Origin: Ylistrum balloti
Taxonomy: Eukaryota
Direction of reading: 5' to 3'
NCBI RefSeq assembly: GCF_031769215.1
Contig: NW_026782207.1
Span: 124,001 to 188,000 of the forward strand
Length of the DNA stretch: 64,000 nucleotides
Shown here: in pieces, positions 1 to 11,458 of the stretch
Numbering within the stretch: position 1 is the first letter of the stretch
Layout: each line of letters opens with the position of its first letter
The notes under the pieces: model-generated
What the model was told of the DNA's origin: nothing
The model's input: only the letters and a program-made list of their open reading frames with translations
Database searches by the model: none
Program-made: the position numbers and the translations under genes

Positions 1-352
1 TTTTAAAATCTGAATTGAATGAAAAATTAACATAACTTTGAATTATGGGCATGGTGATTATAGTTTTGTAAGTTAATAGTCACCTAGATTCCATAAAAAA
101 AATTGAATAAAGGAAAAGTATATTTCTACTTCACAATTAAGGTCATAGTACTCACCTATCAAAAATTACATTTACTACACAATTCTCATCAATGTAGTTG
201 AATCTGTCTGCTATACAAATACTTGTGATAGAAATGACAAGTGATTTTTACCAGCAATCACAGAAATGAAATAAATATTGGGATATCATAAATTATGGCA
301 GAACCAATAAAGTGATGTATATGTAGTTGCTTATTTTAAAAACTTGTTTCAG

Positions 353-2688
353 GTGTTGGTTCACGGTGTAGATGTGGACTAGAAATTGAGCACCATTTTA
401 TACAGGAGCCTCACCAGTCGAAACCAATGATTGACAACATTTCAGAGGTAATACGCCGTGGGGAGTGTAAATGTCCCTATATTGGTTCTGGTGATCACAA
501 AGTTTCAGTTGTGAAGTTGACATTTCTTCATATAGCTGCCTCTGCTAATAATGTAGAACTGTTGCGACTGCTTGCATCCCATGGCTGTATGTTCAAACAA
601 CAAACAACATTGTTGAAACTTTCACCATTTTACATAGCTGTGACTCTGAGAAATGCAGAAGCAGCTGATTTCCTCCTCACACAGGATATTGATGTTAATG
701 CTGTTTGTACTACCGAAAAAATAACAGCTTTAATGCGGGCAGTGCAACAGAAGAAGATAACACTGGTACGAAACATTTTAAAACTGCCTGGTGTGAATGT
801 CAATTCAAAGAGTGCTAATGGAGACACACCAGCCTCTCTATGTCTTCGTTGGCAAAGTAAAGAGATATATGACATGCTGATAGATGCTGGAGCAGATGTC
901 AACGGCACGAGCAGAAACGGTGAAACTAGTCTACTCATGATCGCTGCCACTAAAGGAATGGACTATGTTTCCAAACTGCTTGAAAAGGGTGTGGATGTTG
1001 ATTATAGAAATCCTCGCAATGAGACAGCTCTGCACTTTGCTGTGTATGTTGGTGAGTGGAAGTCAGCCAATAGTCGAAATTCTTGTCATCTTGTATTTAA
1101 ATGTTGCCAATTCAAATCGATGAGAATAATAAGTGAAAATGAGTATTATACATTAATTCATGTTTTCATACACAACTGATATTAAAACACAGTAGAAGCT
1201 GTTCTTAGAATGACAAGGCACTTCCACATATTGTTATTTCATGATGTGTTTTTTTGTTTTGAGTTAGCTTTCTGTAAAGTAAGAATAAAAAAAAAGATAG
1301 ACCTTGATCTAAAAGTGATGTGGTTTATTTGTATGACTTGAATTCTCACTAATCAAAAGATTGTTTAAATATTGATTTGACAATTCATTAATTTTCTCAC
1401 ATAAAATTTTTGTGATTTGAAAATAACTTAACATGTAACCACACTAAAAGTTTTGAATTTACAAAGTCTCTATATAGGATGATAGTTTAATTTTGTAATT
1501 ATTCATAAAAACATTCAATGTATCTTGCTGTATCATGTTCAGAGTAAATAATAATGTAGTAGTCCACAGTTGTGTTAAAACACATGTTCAACTATGAGCT
1601 GGTGTCCATATATACAGGTATAGCATATATTTAGTTTCATTTACTGTAGAAATGTTTACTAATTTTACGCTATCTATATTGGCTGTGAATATAGCGAAAT
1701 AAGATATATTTCCAGCTATACAGAATCAGATTGTAAACAACATATTAATGTCTTTTCAGGTAATGCTAATGTGGTAAAAGCTTTATTGGATGCTAACGCC
1801 GATCCAAACATTCGATTGGCTGGTGATCTGATGACTCCCATAGTTGTCGCTGCCAATCAAGGTGAAACTCATGTGGTGGAAGTTCTCGCTAAGGGTGGTG
1901 CAGACGTTAATTTGAGCTCTCTTCAGGGATATAATGCAGTGCACATGGCAGCGTGGAATCGTCACACAGCCATGCTGAAAGTATTGTTAGAATGTGAAGG
2001 GGTTGAACACGACAAGGTCACATGTGACAAAAATTCTCCACTTGGATTGGCTTGTCACGGTGACCACCCAGCGGCAGTAGAGATGTTGTTACCACTGGGT
2101 TGCAATGTTAATAACCAGGATAAAGACAATGACACTGCCCTGTTGTATGCTACATACAATGGTATGACAGATACGGTGAAATTACTTCTGGAATATGGAG
2201 CAGATCCTGACCTTAGAAGTTCTATTAATGTCTCACCTTTATGGAATGCTGTATATGGAAACCACAAGGAGATTGTGAAAATACTTCTCGGAATAAACGT
2301 GCGAATGGAGGTGAATAGCATTGGCACTAACCAGCATTCCCACAGTAATTCCCCAGTACCGCTGTTCAATTCTCCAAAGACTACTCTGTTCCTAGCTGTG
2401 TACAAGAACTGCATAGATATTGTATACCTACTGCTCTCAGCAGGATACAACATTAACGCAGAGGAATGGCTTCACAGGGGAGAAGTTCCTGAGCTAGAAG
2501 ATCAAGCAAACATTGTGACAATGTTGAAAAAGAAGGCTTGCCAACCTCCTCGTCTCATATCTGTCTGTCGTAACTATTTCAGGAGCTATGGCAATCCACG
2601 CCAGATAAAGAAACTGGTACATGGCCTTGGTCTACCGAGATATTTAAAAAATTATCTTTTGTTGACTGAGTTATTGACAGAGTCTTGA
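353..2688 (+). CDS. Ankyrin repeat and SOCS box-containing (ASB-like) protein, last two coding exons; N-terminus possibly outside the window
   Basis: Exons 353-1051 (ttcag acceptor at 352, G|GTGAGT donor) and 1760-2688 (ttttcag acceptor, TGA stop) join in phase 1 (G+GT=Gly). Many ankyrin repeats (LHIAAS, TALMRAV, TALHFAV, TPIVVAA, TALLYAT, SPLWNAV) and a C-terminal SOCS box (PPRLISVCRNYFR...LGLPRYLKNYLL). The frame is open upstream of ATG 427 back to the acceptor, so the true start may lie in an earlier exon. Confidence 0.9.
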
Positions 2689-3859
2689 AAAAAAAAGTAC
2701 AAGGAAACATGTTTCTTTTGTGCCTAGCTGTCTTCTGCAGCACAATATGACTGATTATTTGTTCCTGATTAAAGTCTGCTATGGTTTTTAAAGAAATGAT
2801 TTTTCTTTTTTGTTGTTTGCTGATGTGTAAACTGCATTTTTTAAAAAAATAATATTTTGAATTACAGGTGTTAGCACGGTATGTTGAAATATCTGTTAAA
2901 AAAATGAAGTTTACATTTCATAAACAAGAAGAAGAAAATTATTTCATATATTTACATTTTGACATCTAATTTTATTTACCCTACTTAAAAAAATAATAAA
3001 CAACATTCATTTGGAATTTCCACACTAGTGAAACATTCTAACAATTGATGAAATAGCAGACCAGCTGATTGTCAGACTTGACTGAAATGTGAATATCAAT
3101 TTTGTTGGTTAGGCCAAATAGAGAATACACTTTGGAAATGTACATATAGATCAACTAACTTTATATACAGATCTACAGCGTAACCAATTATAGTGTTTGT
3201 TATTTGAATGGTGTGCCAAATATGGTTGCTTGTTTGAATGATTTTACTTGCTTTATTTATTATTTACAATAATTGTTGTTTTGTTTTCAAAGAAAAGTGA
3301 CAACTTTTCAGCTGTGTCTGTTCAATGAGATTTGTGTTATAAATATCATCTTGTCATTCCTTCTCTCCATCTGGAACTCGGTCATTTATTTTCCTTTGAA
3401 CTTTATTTAAAAAATCTTATTGCATCTATTGCAATTTACAGCAAAATTCAGTTTGTATTGTGAGAGTGATCCCCCTTTACTTTTCGGTTCTTTTCCAAAC
3501 GGACAAAAAGATCCATCATAATTAAGAGAGGAGAGCCATGCATATTGTCAAACACATGGCAGAACCCTTGATGCATTCATTATTAAATTTCACATTAAAT
3601 TCTAACATATGAAACTGAATTTGATGAAATTTATGGTTGAGTGAACACAATTCTAGACATCACCATTGACTTTGATAATGAGAGATATGGACCTGGGTCA
3701 CTTAGTATCGTATATATTATATGGTATCACTTGATGAAAACAAGTTTTTTTATTTCCATGAAATACGTGTGTGCATCAGTACGAAAAAAAATATAGATCT
3801 GAATATGTCTGAAACCTTTTTTCTTCTATGAAATATATTTTAATACACAATTGCAGACA

Positions 3860-4963
3860 TTTTAATTCTTCGCCTTCGTGCTTTGTCCGTCGTCCGCTGT
3901 GCGTTGTGGGTTGTCCGTAAACTTTTCATTTAAAAAACTTCTTCTCAAATACTAGAAGGCCTAGGGGGCTAATACTTGGCCCATAGCATGCTAGCATGGA
4001 GCCCTACAAAGATTGTTCAAATGAATGACCTTGACCCACTTTCAAGGTCACAGGGGTCAAATATGTTAAAATTTTTAAACAACTTCTTCTCAGTAAGCAA
4101 AAGTCCATGAGTGCTGATATTGGGCCTGTAGGATGCTTTGAAGAAAGGCTACCAAATTTGTTCAAATGAATTACCTCGACCCACTTTCAAGGTCACAGGG
4201 GTCAAATATGTTAAAATTTTTAAACAACTTCTTCTCAACAACCCAAAGGCTCAGAATGCTGATATTGGGTCTGTAGCATGCTGGGATGAAGGGCTACCAA
4301 GTTTGTTCAAATGAATGACCTTGGCCCACTTCCAAGGTCACAGGGGTCAAATATGTTAAAATATACAAACGACTTCTTCTCAATAAGCAAAAGTCCAAGA
4401 GTGCTGGTAATGGACCTGTAGGATGCTGGGATTACATGCTACCAAATTTGTTCAAATGAATGACCTTGACCGACTTTCAAGGTCACAGGGGTTAAATATG
4501 TTAAAATATGCAAATGACTTCTCAATAACCAAAATGATTAGAGTGCTGATATTGGGCCTGTTGCTTTGAGGAAGTGTTACCAAATGTGTTCAATAAGCAA
4601 CTTTCAAGGTCACAGGGGTTAAAATTGTTAAAATATGCAAATGACTTCTCAATAACCAAAATGATTAGAGTGCTGATATTGGGCCTGTAGGATGCTTTGA
4701 GGAAGTGTTACCAAATGTGTTCAAGTGAATGACCTTGACCCACTTTCAAGATCACAGGTTCAAATATGTTAAAATCTGTAAACAACTTCTTCTCAGTAAC
4801 CAAAAGGCTCAGAGTGCTCATATTGGGCCTGTAGGGTGTTGGGAGGAAGGGCTACCAAGTTTATTCAAATGAATAAAGCCCACTGTTTTAACAGCAGACT
4901 CACTGTTGTTAGAGTTTGGCTTGCTTTTTGTCAGATGACCGTTAAGGCCATGGGCCTCTTGTT
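3860..4963 (+). mobile_element. Non-autonomous Helentron/Helitron-like (HINE-type) element carrying an internal tandem array
   Basis: GTCC-type microsatellite near the 5' end (ttgtccgtcgtccg), central ~145-bp tandem repeats, and a 3' end tcagatgaccgttaaggccatgggcctcttgtt (subterminal repeat, GC hairpin, CTTGTT), the layout known for bivalve HINEs. Confidence 0.7.
3935..4870. repeat. ~145-bp tandem (satellite-like) array, ~6.5 units
   Basis: The motif ttcaaggtcacagg recurs at 4041, 4186, 4331 (variant), 4476, 4603 and 4745 (variant); spacings 145,145,145,127,142. Confidence 0.9.
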
Positions 4964-5229
4964 TGTTTTTTGCTTTCTTTTTTCAATGTTTTTTGCTGCA
5001 GCTATAAGTGAGCAAATGTGATATTTATTCTTCACAATGAAGTGGAAGGGAATATGTACTTAAAACCTGGTGTTTATCTGTTTTCATTAATTTTTTTTAC
5101 TTAAATACTAAATTACTTATATAAATTCATTGAAATCTAATACACATTATCATGGTAAGTATATAATACATTACTATTAATTATTTTTAATGGATTTGCT
5201 GTTTTATATTTAGAATCAATCCTTAATAA

Positions 5230-5503
5230 TTTTGATACGCCGTGGGAGGCGGTCGTATATTGGCGTCATCTTCGTCTGTCCGTCCGTACGTCCGTGTGTC
5301 CATTTCTTGTTAACGCAACTCCTCCTAAACTAATCATCAGATTTTCATGAAACTTGCTCAATGTCGCTAATACAATAGTTCAAATGGTTCGATGTGCATG
5401 AAGGGGTGATTTTACGATTCATTGATTTTTGTAAGATTTATGCCATTCTATCTTGATCTTTATATTTTGTGGCAGCGTATATTGTGTCCATGGCAGTCTT
5501 GTT
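5230..5503 (+). mobile_element. Short non-autonomous HINE/MITE-like element
   Basis: Starts ttttgatacgcc, contains a gtctgtccgtccgtacgtccg microsatellite and tgaaacttg, and ends cagcgtatattgtgtccatggcagtcttgtt (ATACGC/GCGTAT subterminal inverted repeat plus CTTGTT end). Confidence 0.6.
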
Positions 5504-6074
5504 GTAATAAGTATTAATGCCCATGAACTTTTTTCTCTTTTCTGGGAAATGCAATATTTTTTGCCACACTTCCTGGTTTTAGTTCCTTTGATGTATACAC
5601 ATACAAATTACACGCCAAAGATGATATAACTCGAGTGGCAATTTGAAAGAGAATCTGTCAGACATGTTAAAAAAAATTGCAAGGCAAAATCAAATTAGTA
5701 AACAATTGATAAATACTATACACACATATCACAAATGTGGGGATCATTCAAATTCTTTTTTTTTTTAACTGTAAAAAGTCCTCAATTATCTCCATCTTAC
5801 ACATGAGCTTTTTAACAAGGATGTTACACTCTTTTCTTCATAACAATTGTATGATGCTATTTACATCTAACTTGAAAATAATGTGTGTATTACGCTGTTT
5901 TTAACTTGTGATAAAGTATTATGTTATAGTACTGCAATATTAAACAGGAATGTCGCCAGAACACTGATGTTTGTCGGCGAGACGATACCCAGACATGGGA
6001 GGAGTCACGGAGATGGAAAACCTGTCAATCAATCAATCATTAAACACATATATAGCATCTAGGTGATGGTAATG

Positions 6075-6250
6075 AACCTCAATAGCTCAGTTGGTAGATC
6101 ACTGGCATAGTGACGATGCAACATGTTTGGTTTGATGCTTCCTATCAAGTCTCGTTTATGTTGTTCAGTAAAGTAGCCTTCAGCTACTACATGTAGACCC
6201 ATCTTCAAAATACCCCTAGCTGTTCACGGGGTGATGAACGCAGCATCAAA
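6075..6250 (+). mobile_element. Degenerate tRNA-derived SINE remnant
   Basis: A-box-like TAGCTCAGTTGG at 6083-6094, decayed B-box-like GGTTTGATGC at 6129-6138, and a 3' segment ccctagctgttcacggggtgatgaac resembling mollusc SINE tails. No cloverleaf. Confidence 0.4.
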
Positions 6251-7560
6251 ACTGGTTGGTGGTGTCTGAGGTTTGCTCTATCATGATAACATAAAATGGC
6301 TATTAAGGATTTATTCAAATGCTTTTGGTTTGTAAATTTTAATAATCAGTCTCTTTATGACACATTTTGAAATACATTGTACTGTGAATTTTGTCTCATC
6401 TGACACAATGGAGCTGTCAGGTGAGATTGATCATGATCTTGTCTTATCTTTCCATATAATAAGCCCATCTATTTGTATTGATGTTCACTAAAATACCAAA
6501 CCAATAATATTTCATTTTTCTGTTAAAGTTCACTCCCTGAACATGAATAAGAAGTAGTGATGACGTTTTGACGAGATAATTATGAGCAATATTACCTGTG
6601 TGCCCCTAGGCTTATACAAACAGGGGTTTTTTTTGAGTGATTTTGGGTATGATTCCCAGTTGAAATTAATTTATATTTTGGTCAAATTCTCAAAATTTGC
6701 AATTTACACCTGAAATTATCCTTCCAAATTCACCAATTCTACTCTCAAAACGAACCAAAATTTCTCCATCCCAAGTAAAAAAAAATCTCTGACATAAGTA
6801 TTAACTGATTGTTTTCAAACGGAAAAGGTTTCAGCACGATGTGATGAGTTACACAGGGTTTATTGACTCAGACTTTAGAGTTTAAAAATGTTTTGGATTA
6901 GAAAGGTTTCACTGTGTATAACTTTAAGATTTCAAAGGTTTCATTGTGAATTATTTATAGATCAGATTGTGATCAGTTAATGGTCATATGTGATAATCAG
7001 AAATCCTTGCATTTAATACAGTGAGCAACTGTAGTGTATTTGTATTATCCACCCTGTCTTAAACGTTTTGAATGATGATAGTTTTGAACAATGTTGCTGT
7101 GTTGTAGCAGTGGTACAAACATTTTCAAATGAGGTATCATTTCTTATATTTGGATACTGTTTGCATTTAAAATTTAATCCATATTTAGGATGACTTTAAA
7201 TATTTGAAAAAAAATTTAAGTAAACTTTTAATATTGTAAAATTAACTGTAAAATAATGTGAAGAAATCCTGAATAAAGATATCTTAGATTTTGGAAAACA
7301 TTTATCTATCTTTTTTTTTTTTTGTTTCCATTTGCATCCACAGGGATACATTTTAAGCTAGGGCAGTAGTTAGAGACCTGTTTACTAAACCAGATTAAGA
7401 AAGAAATAGTGAAGCTTCTTTAGAAATGATTTTTCTAATCAAAATACAGGCTTTCTTGTTTGTTATAGTGTACATTTAGTCATTACAATCATGAAAATTA
7501 TTAATAGTACGTGTATCTCATGATAAATTAGCATACCAGTGTGAGATAGAGGACAAAATT

Positions 7561-7772
7561 GATTTCATGTTGTAGTAAGTTAAAATACTTATGGATTCCA
7601 ATATGATAATAAATGATGATGTGAATGACTTTTTGATGTAAGATATTATACTATCTAGACACAAGTGATTTCGTGTTGCAGTAAGTTAAAATACTTATGG
7701 ATTCCAATATGATGATAAATGATGATGTGAATGACTTTCTGATATAAGACATTATACTATCTAGAAACAACT
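7561..7772. repeat. Tandem duplication of a 106-bp unit (2 copies)
   Basis: gatttcatgttgtagtaagttaaaatacttatggattccaatatg... at 7561 is repeated with few substitutions at 7667. Confidence 0.9.
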
Positions 7773-8587
7773 TCACCCACAACTCCCCCCCCCCCTCCCC
7801 CATATCATCTAGATCTTATTCTATGATGAAAGGTCTTCTCTTTATCACATAGATAAAGACAATTTCGTCTATGAAATAGATATAATGATAATGTCTGTTT
7901 TTTGTGTTCATGACATACCTGTAGATGTATTTCATTAAACCTGCAATCAACTATATTTTCTTTGTTTATTTGAAGACATTTATTCTAGTGTATATGCAGA
8001 GGTATTTGATAATTAATTGTTATGCAAAACATCTAAACAACTTTGTTAGTAAGTTGCTTTGTACATAATAGATAATGATTTGACATATTCATTAATGTAA
8101 CTCATAATACACCCAGATAAATTACACATCAGTGGCTTTGTAGCCTACCATCACTACAGTAGGCTGTTCAGATCAACATTTTTCTGTGATCTATAGTCAG
8201 TTCATTGTCCCTCTGTCCTAATTTAACAAAACTTGTTATCACTAGTTCTTGAGAAACACTCATAGATCATAAGCTAATTTTATACATATGTTCCCCCGTG
8301 GAAAAATGAAATGGCCAAGAGGTGGTCATCTTGGATTTTGATGGTGAAAAGTTTCATTTGTGTATTGTTTATTTTAGAACAGATAAAAAAACAAAATGGC
8401 TAGTTGGTGATCAATTATAAATAAACACAGAGGAACTAACCTATGTGAAGCACGATAGTCGACGATATTAATCCCAAAAATCGTCAGATAGGTGGTAAAA
8501 GTGATTCTGGTAGCACTGGGATTGAAACTGAACTCATCTTCAGAAGACAAAATAATGTGACCTCTTTCACAAGGTAAAGGCATAACA

Positions 8588-8700
8588 ATAGAACCTACTG
8601 TCCTCATTTTTATATATGGCGGGGGCATATAGCGATGCCCATGTCTGTCCGTCCCGTCGCGTCCGTCCCGTCCCGTCGCGTCGCGTATGTCAAGTTGAAC
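8588..8700 (+). mobile_element. Truncated 5' end of a HINE-like element
   Basis: T-run followed by ggcgggggcatatagcgatgcccatg and a gtccgtcccgtcgcgtccgtcccg microsatellite; no matching 3' end seen. Confidence 0.45.
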
Positions 8701-9257
8701 GTAAAAATCAAGATGCTAAGTAACGTCAGCATGGCGGCCTCGATATTGAAGAGGGTTGTGACTTTGATTTTAAGTTTAAATATTAATGAAGTCAACGCAT
8801 TTCTTTTAAGTTTATCAATGTTGAAGGTAGGAAGATTTGGCGAAGTTATTTTCTTCACTTGTCCTGAAAATATCATCAAACACAAAGTCAATCGAGAGGT
8901 GTTCAATATTGATCAAACCAGTAATTCCATATCTGAATGTGAAGTTAAGGAATTCAATGTGAGGGAAAGCTTCCCTTTATTAATCTAAAGACTGCCATAC
9001 AAAACATGACCAGCTAGTATTCCATTTTCCGGCAAAAATGTGGAAATGTATACAAGCTTGATAAAAATCGAGTCTAGACCATTAGTGAGCAGAAATCGTT
9101 TGCAAGCAAGGATAAGTTGTATGATATACTGTCTTCTGGGTAAACTCTCTACTTCTGAATAGCTTACTGCCTTGCATCAACAACCTTTGGTGTTTTAATG
9201 TTCACGGGTCTGTTACCATTATCACTACTTTCGTGCCAGAAGCCAAATTACGGATGG

Positions 9258-9351
9258 ACAAAGGTTTACATCACGGGTGTCGTCAATGAAGCATAAGACG
9301 CTTACTCTTCCGGAACACATCGACTTATTATCCTTGTACTTTTGAGACTTT
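9258..9351 (+). repeat. Dispersed repeat family A, copy 1
   Basis: tttacatcacgggtgtcgtcaatgaagcataagacgcttactcttccggaacac...ccttgtactttttgag matches the segments at 18655, 23420 (reverse) and 40920. Confidence 0.7.
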
Positions 9352-10257
9352 TTGTGACAACACTTATGCGAGAACACTATAAGGAAATCCGTACCTAACC
9401 TTGATTTTACAAGAAAGAGTTGAATGATATTTGTTATGCCTTTTACTTTTGGTCGGCCGGTTTTGATTTCCCTAAATAGCCTCCTAGACTTCAACACTAG
9501 TATCTGCAAGCATCACTAATGGAACCGCTGTTTGATGGCGAATTTTATAATTTGGTATATCCTGTATCCTTTTAATACATATGTATTGGACGTTTTATTT
9601 ATCTAATTCTAATACCACACACAGATAAAATTAATTGAAATATATACAGCTTTACTACCCGAGGCGAAAGATTTTGGTTCACTGAGAAGCAAATATTTCT
9701 GGATTTCAACTTGACGCCATAAGAATCAATGGTCAAAGTACCATGACATTATTTGGTAAAAGGAAGAAAAACATTAATCATTTAAGGTTTCTACTAAGTT
9801 TGAATTTTGTATAATCATAGAATTTGGACCAAATTGGACTTATCGAGATACCTGCTGCCCGGACGCTGCCAAACTGACATAAACTGTTGACAGAATGCCG
9901 TCACCTGCAATCATCCAGACAATGACCTACACGATGTAAGATATCTAATGCTATTGAAATAAATGGTCAAACAGTTCAATAAAACAACATTTGACATACA
10001 TGTAATAGTTGTACAGATGTACTTCACCAAGGCACTTCGTATGATCTATTTAGGAAAGTGAAAGCCATAAGGAGGTACGAATGCGAATAAAGTTCGTATG
10101 ACATATAAAGAGCGAAAGAAAAAAACTATCTATCAATAAAATAAAAAGTCTTATCTTGATTAAAAAAAAAACCAAAAATAAAAGTCGTGACCAGGTGACA
10201 TGGTTTAAATCCTTCCCACCATTGAGTAGCTCGGAATCAACAAATACAAAGACAACC

Positions 10258-10367
10258 AAGGTGAAGGTAGTTAGGACAAACAGTTTGTCAGTTAAACAGC
10301 TTACAACGCCCAAATTGTGCACAACCTACACGAACAGACTGGAGAAACATTCACGGAATAGGTATTG
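10258..10367 (+). promoter_or_regulatory. Putative core promoter and non-coding first exon of PGGHG copy 1
   Basis: Blocks conserved with 20920-21048: AAGGTGAAGGT, Inr-like TCAGT at 10288, and GGAG..ACATTCAC..AATAG|GTATTG (donor after 10361). The ATG exon at 11456 begins with a splice acceptor, so an upstream exon is required. Confidence 0.5.
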
Positions 10368-10866
10368 AAGTTTTTACGTGTCGCCTTAATAACTTATCAC
10401 CTATAATAATTTTTAACTAATGATTCATAATGATAGATAACTTATGCTTTTTATGTTTTATTCTTATGCTAATATTCAAATTAGTCACTTGTTTTATAAT
10501 TTTTTATATTACTGTTAAAATGTAGCTCATTTGATGGTTTCTTACTGTTAACGTATTTCAAAATAGAAGTTTGCAAAGATTCTAAGATAAAAACAAAAGC
10601 AAAATAAAAACAAAAATAAATAAAAAAATCTTTTCGCTTCGGAACATCACCACACGTATGTCTTTCGGAATTTGGAATTAAAGTAGATGTTAACTTATTA
10701 ATTTGGAAGTTAATGAAATATGTTGTGATTTTATAACAAGACAAAGCAATGTGTAAAATAAAGCTGAGGGGAAAGATTCTAGGACATGTTACCTAAGTAA
10801 AAGTGTGGATACACTTGTTCTGAGTGAAAACCACAAGACAGCACCATCTTTCAAATGTACTATAAA

Positions 10867-11108
10867 ATAAATATAAACTTTATTTATTTTACAACAATTG
10901 CGAAACAAGTTATGTCAACTTATACTAATCACTCTTGTTGGCCCGTATGTAAGCGCGCGAGGGGTCTTATTGTGGGAGGAAACCGGAGTACCCAGGGAAA
11001 ACCCACGTGGTCGGGCAGGTGACCCCTTACTTTTTCGCGTCCGTTCCGGGAATCAAACCCCGGTCGGCTAGGTGAAAGGCGAGTGCGTTACCAATGCGCC
11101 ACCCGACC
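10867..11108 (-). mobile_element. tRNA-derived V-domain SINE with 13-bp TSD
   Basis: Reverse strand reads TGGCGCATTGG (A box), GGTTTGATTCC (B box), the V-SINE core GTGGGTTTTCCCTGGGTACTCCGGTTTCCTCCCAC and an AT-rich tail. Flanked by AATGTACTATAAA at 10854-10866 and 11109-11121. Same family as 32277-32564. Confidence 0.9.
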
Positions 11109-11458
11109 AATGTACTATAAATGTTCTATGTGATTCAGAAAAGCTTAACAAGGAAGTAAATTCCATCACATAGCGCCGCGGACTAATGGTCTAACATGAA
11201 AACATTTTTGGGACGACTGAAGAAAATCATAAGATAGAAATGTCAAAACCAAAAAGGAGAGAAGCACCAGTCTCCATATTTCACTAAAGGTCAATTTAAA
11301 TACATGATGTCTTCAAGTGTTTTTGATATCCTGAAAAAACTTTAAAAAAATAAAAATACTAAAACTGATTAAAACGTAATAAATATGGACTCGACTTAAT
11401 AATATGTCGTTAAAATGAAAAAAAAAGCCCAATAATTCATTTTGATCAATAACAGATC

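Noticed and set aside
630-2453. Minus-strand ORFs over the ankyrin gene
   Set aside because: Antisense shadows of the ASB-like coding exons.
8610-8988. Overlapping 98- and 117-aa ORFs on opposite strands
   Set aside because: They run through a HINE microsatellite, start at non-ATG or repeat-derived codons, and show no domain.
10867-11108. tRNA genes (also 32277-32564, 6075-6250, 54559-54708)
   Set aside because: A and B boxes are present but there is no complete cloverleaf; flanked by SINE bodies, TSDs or inverted ends.
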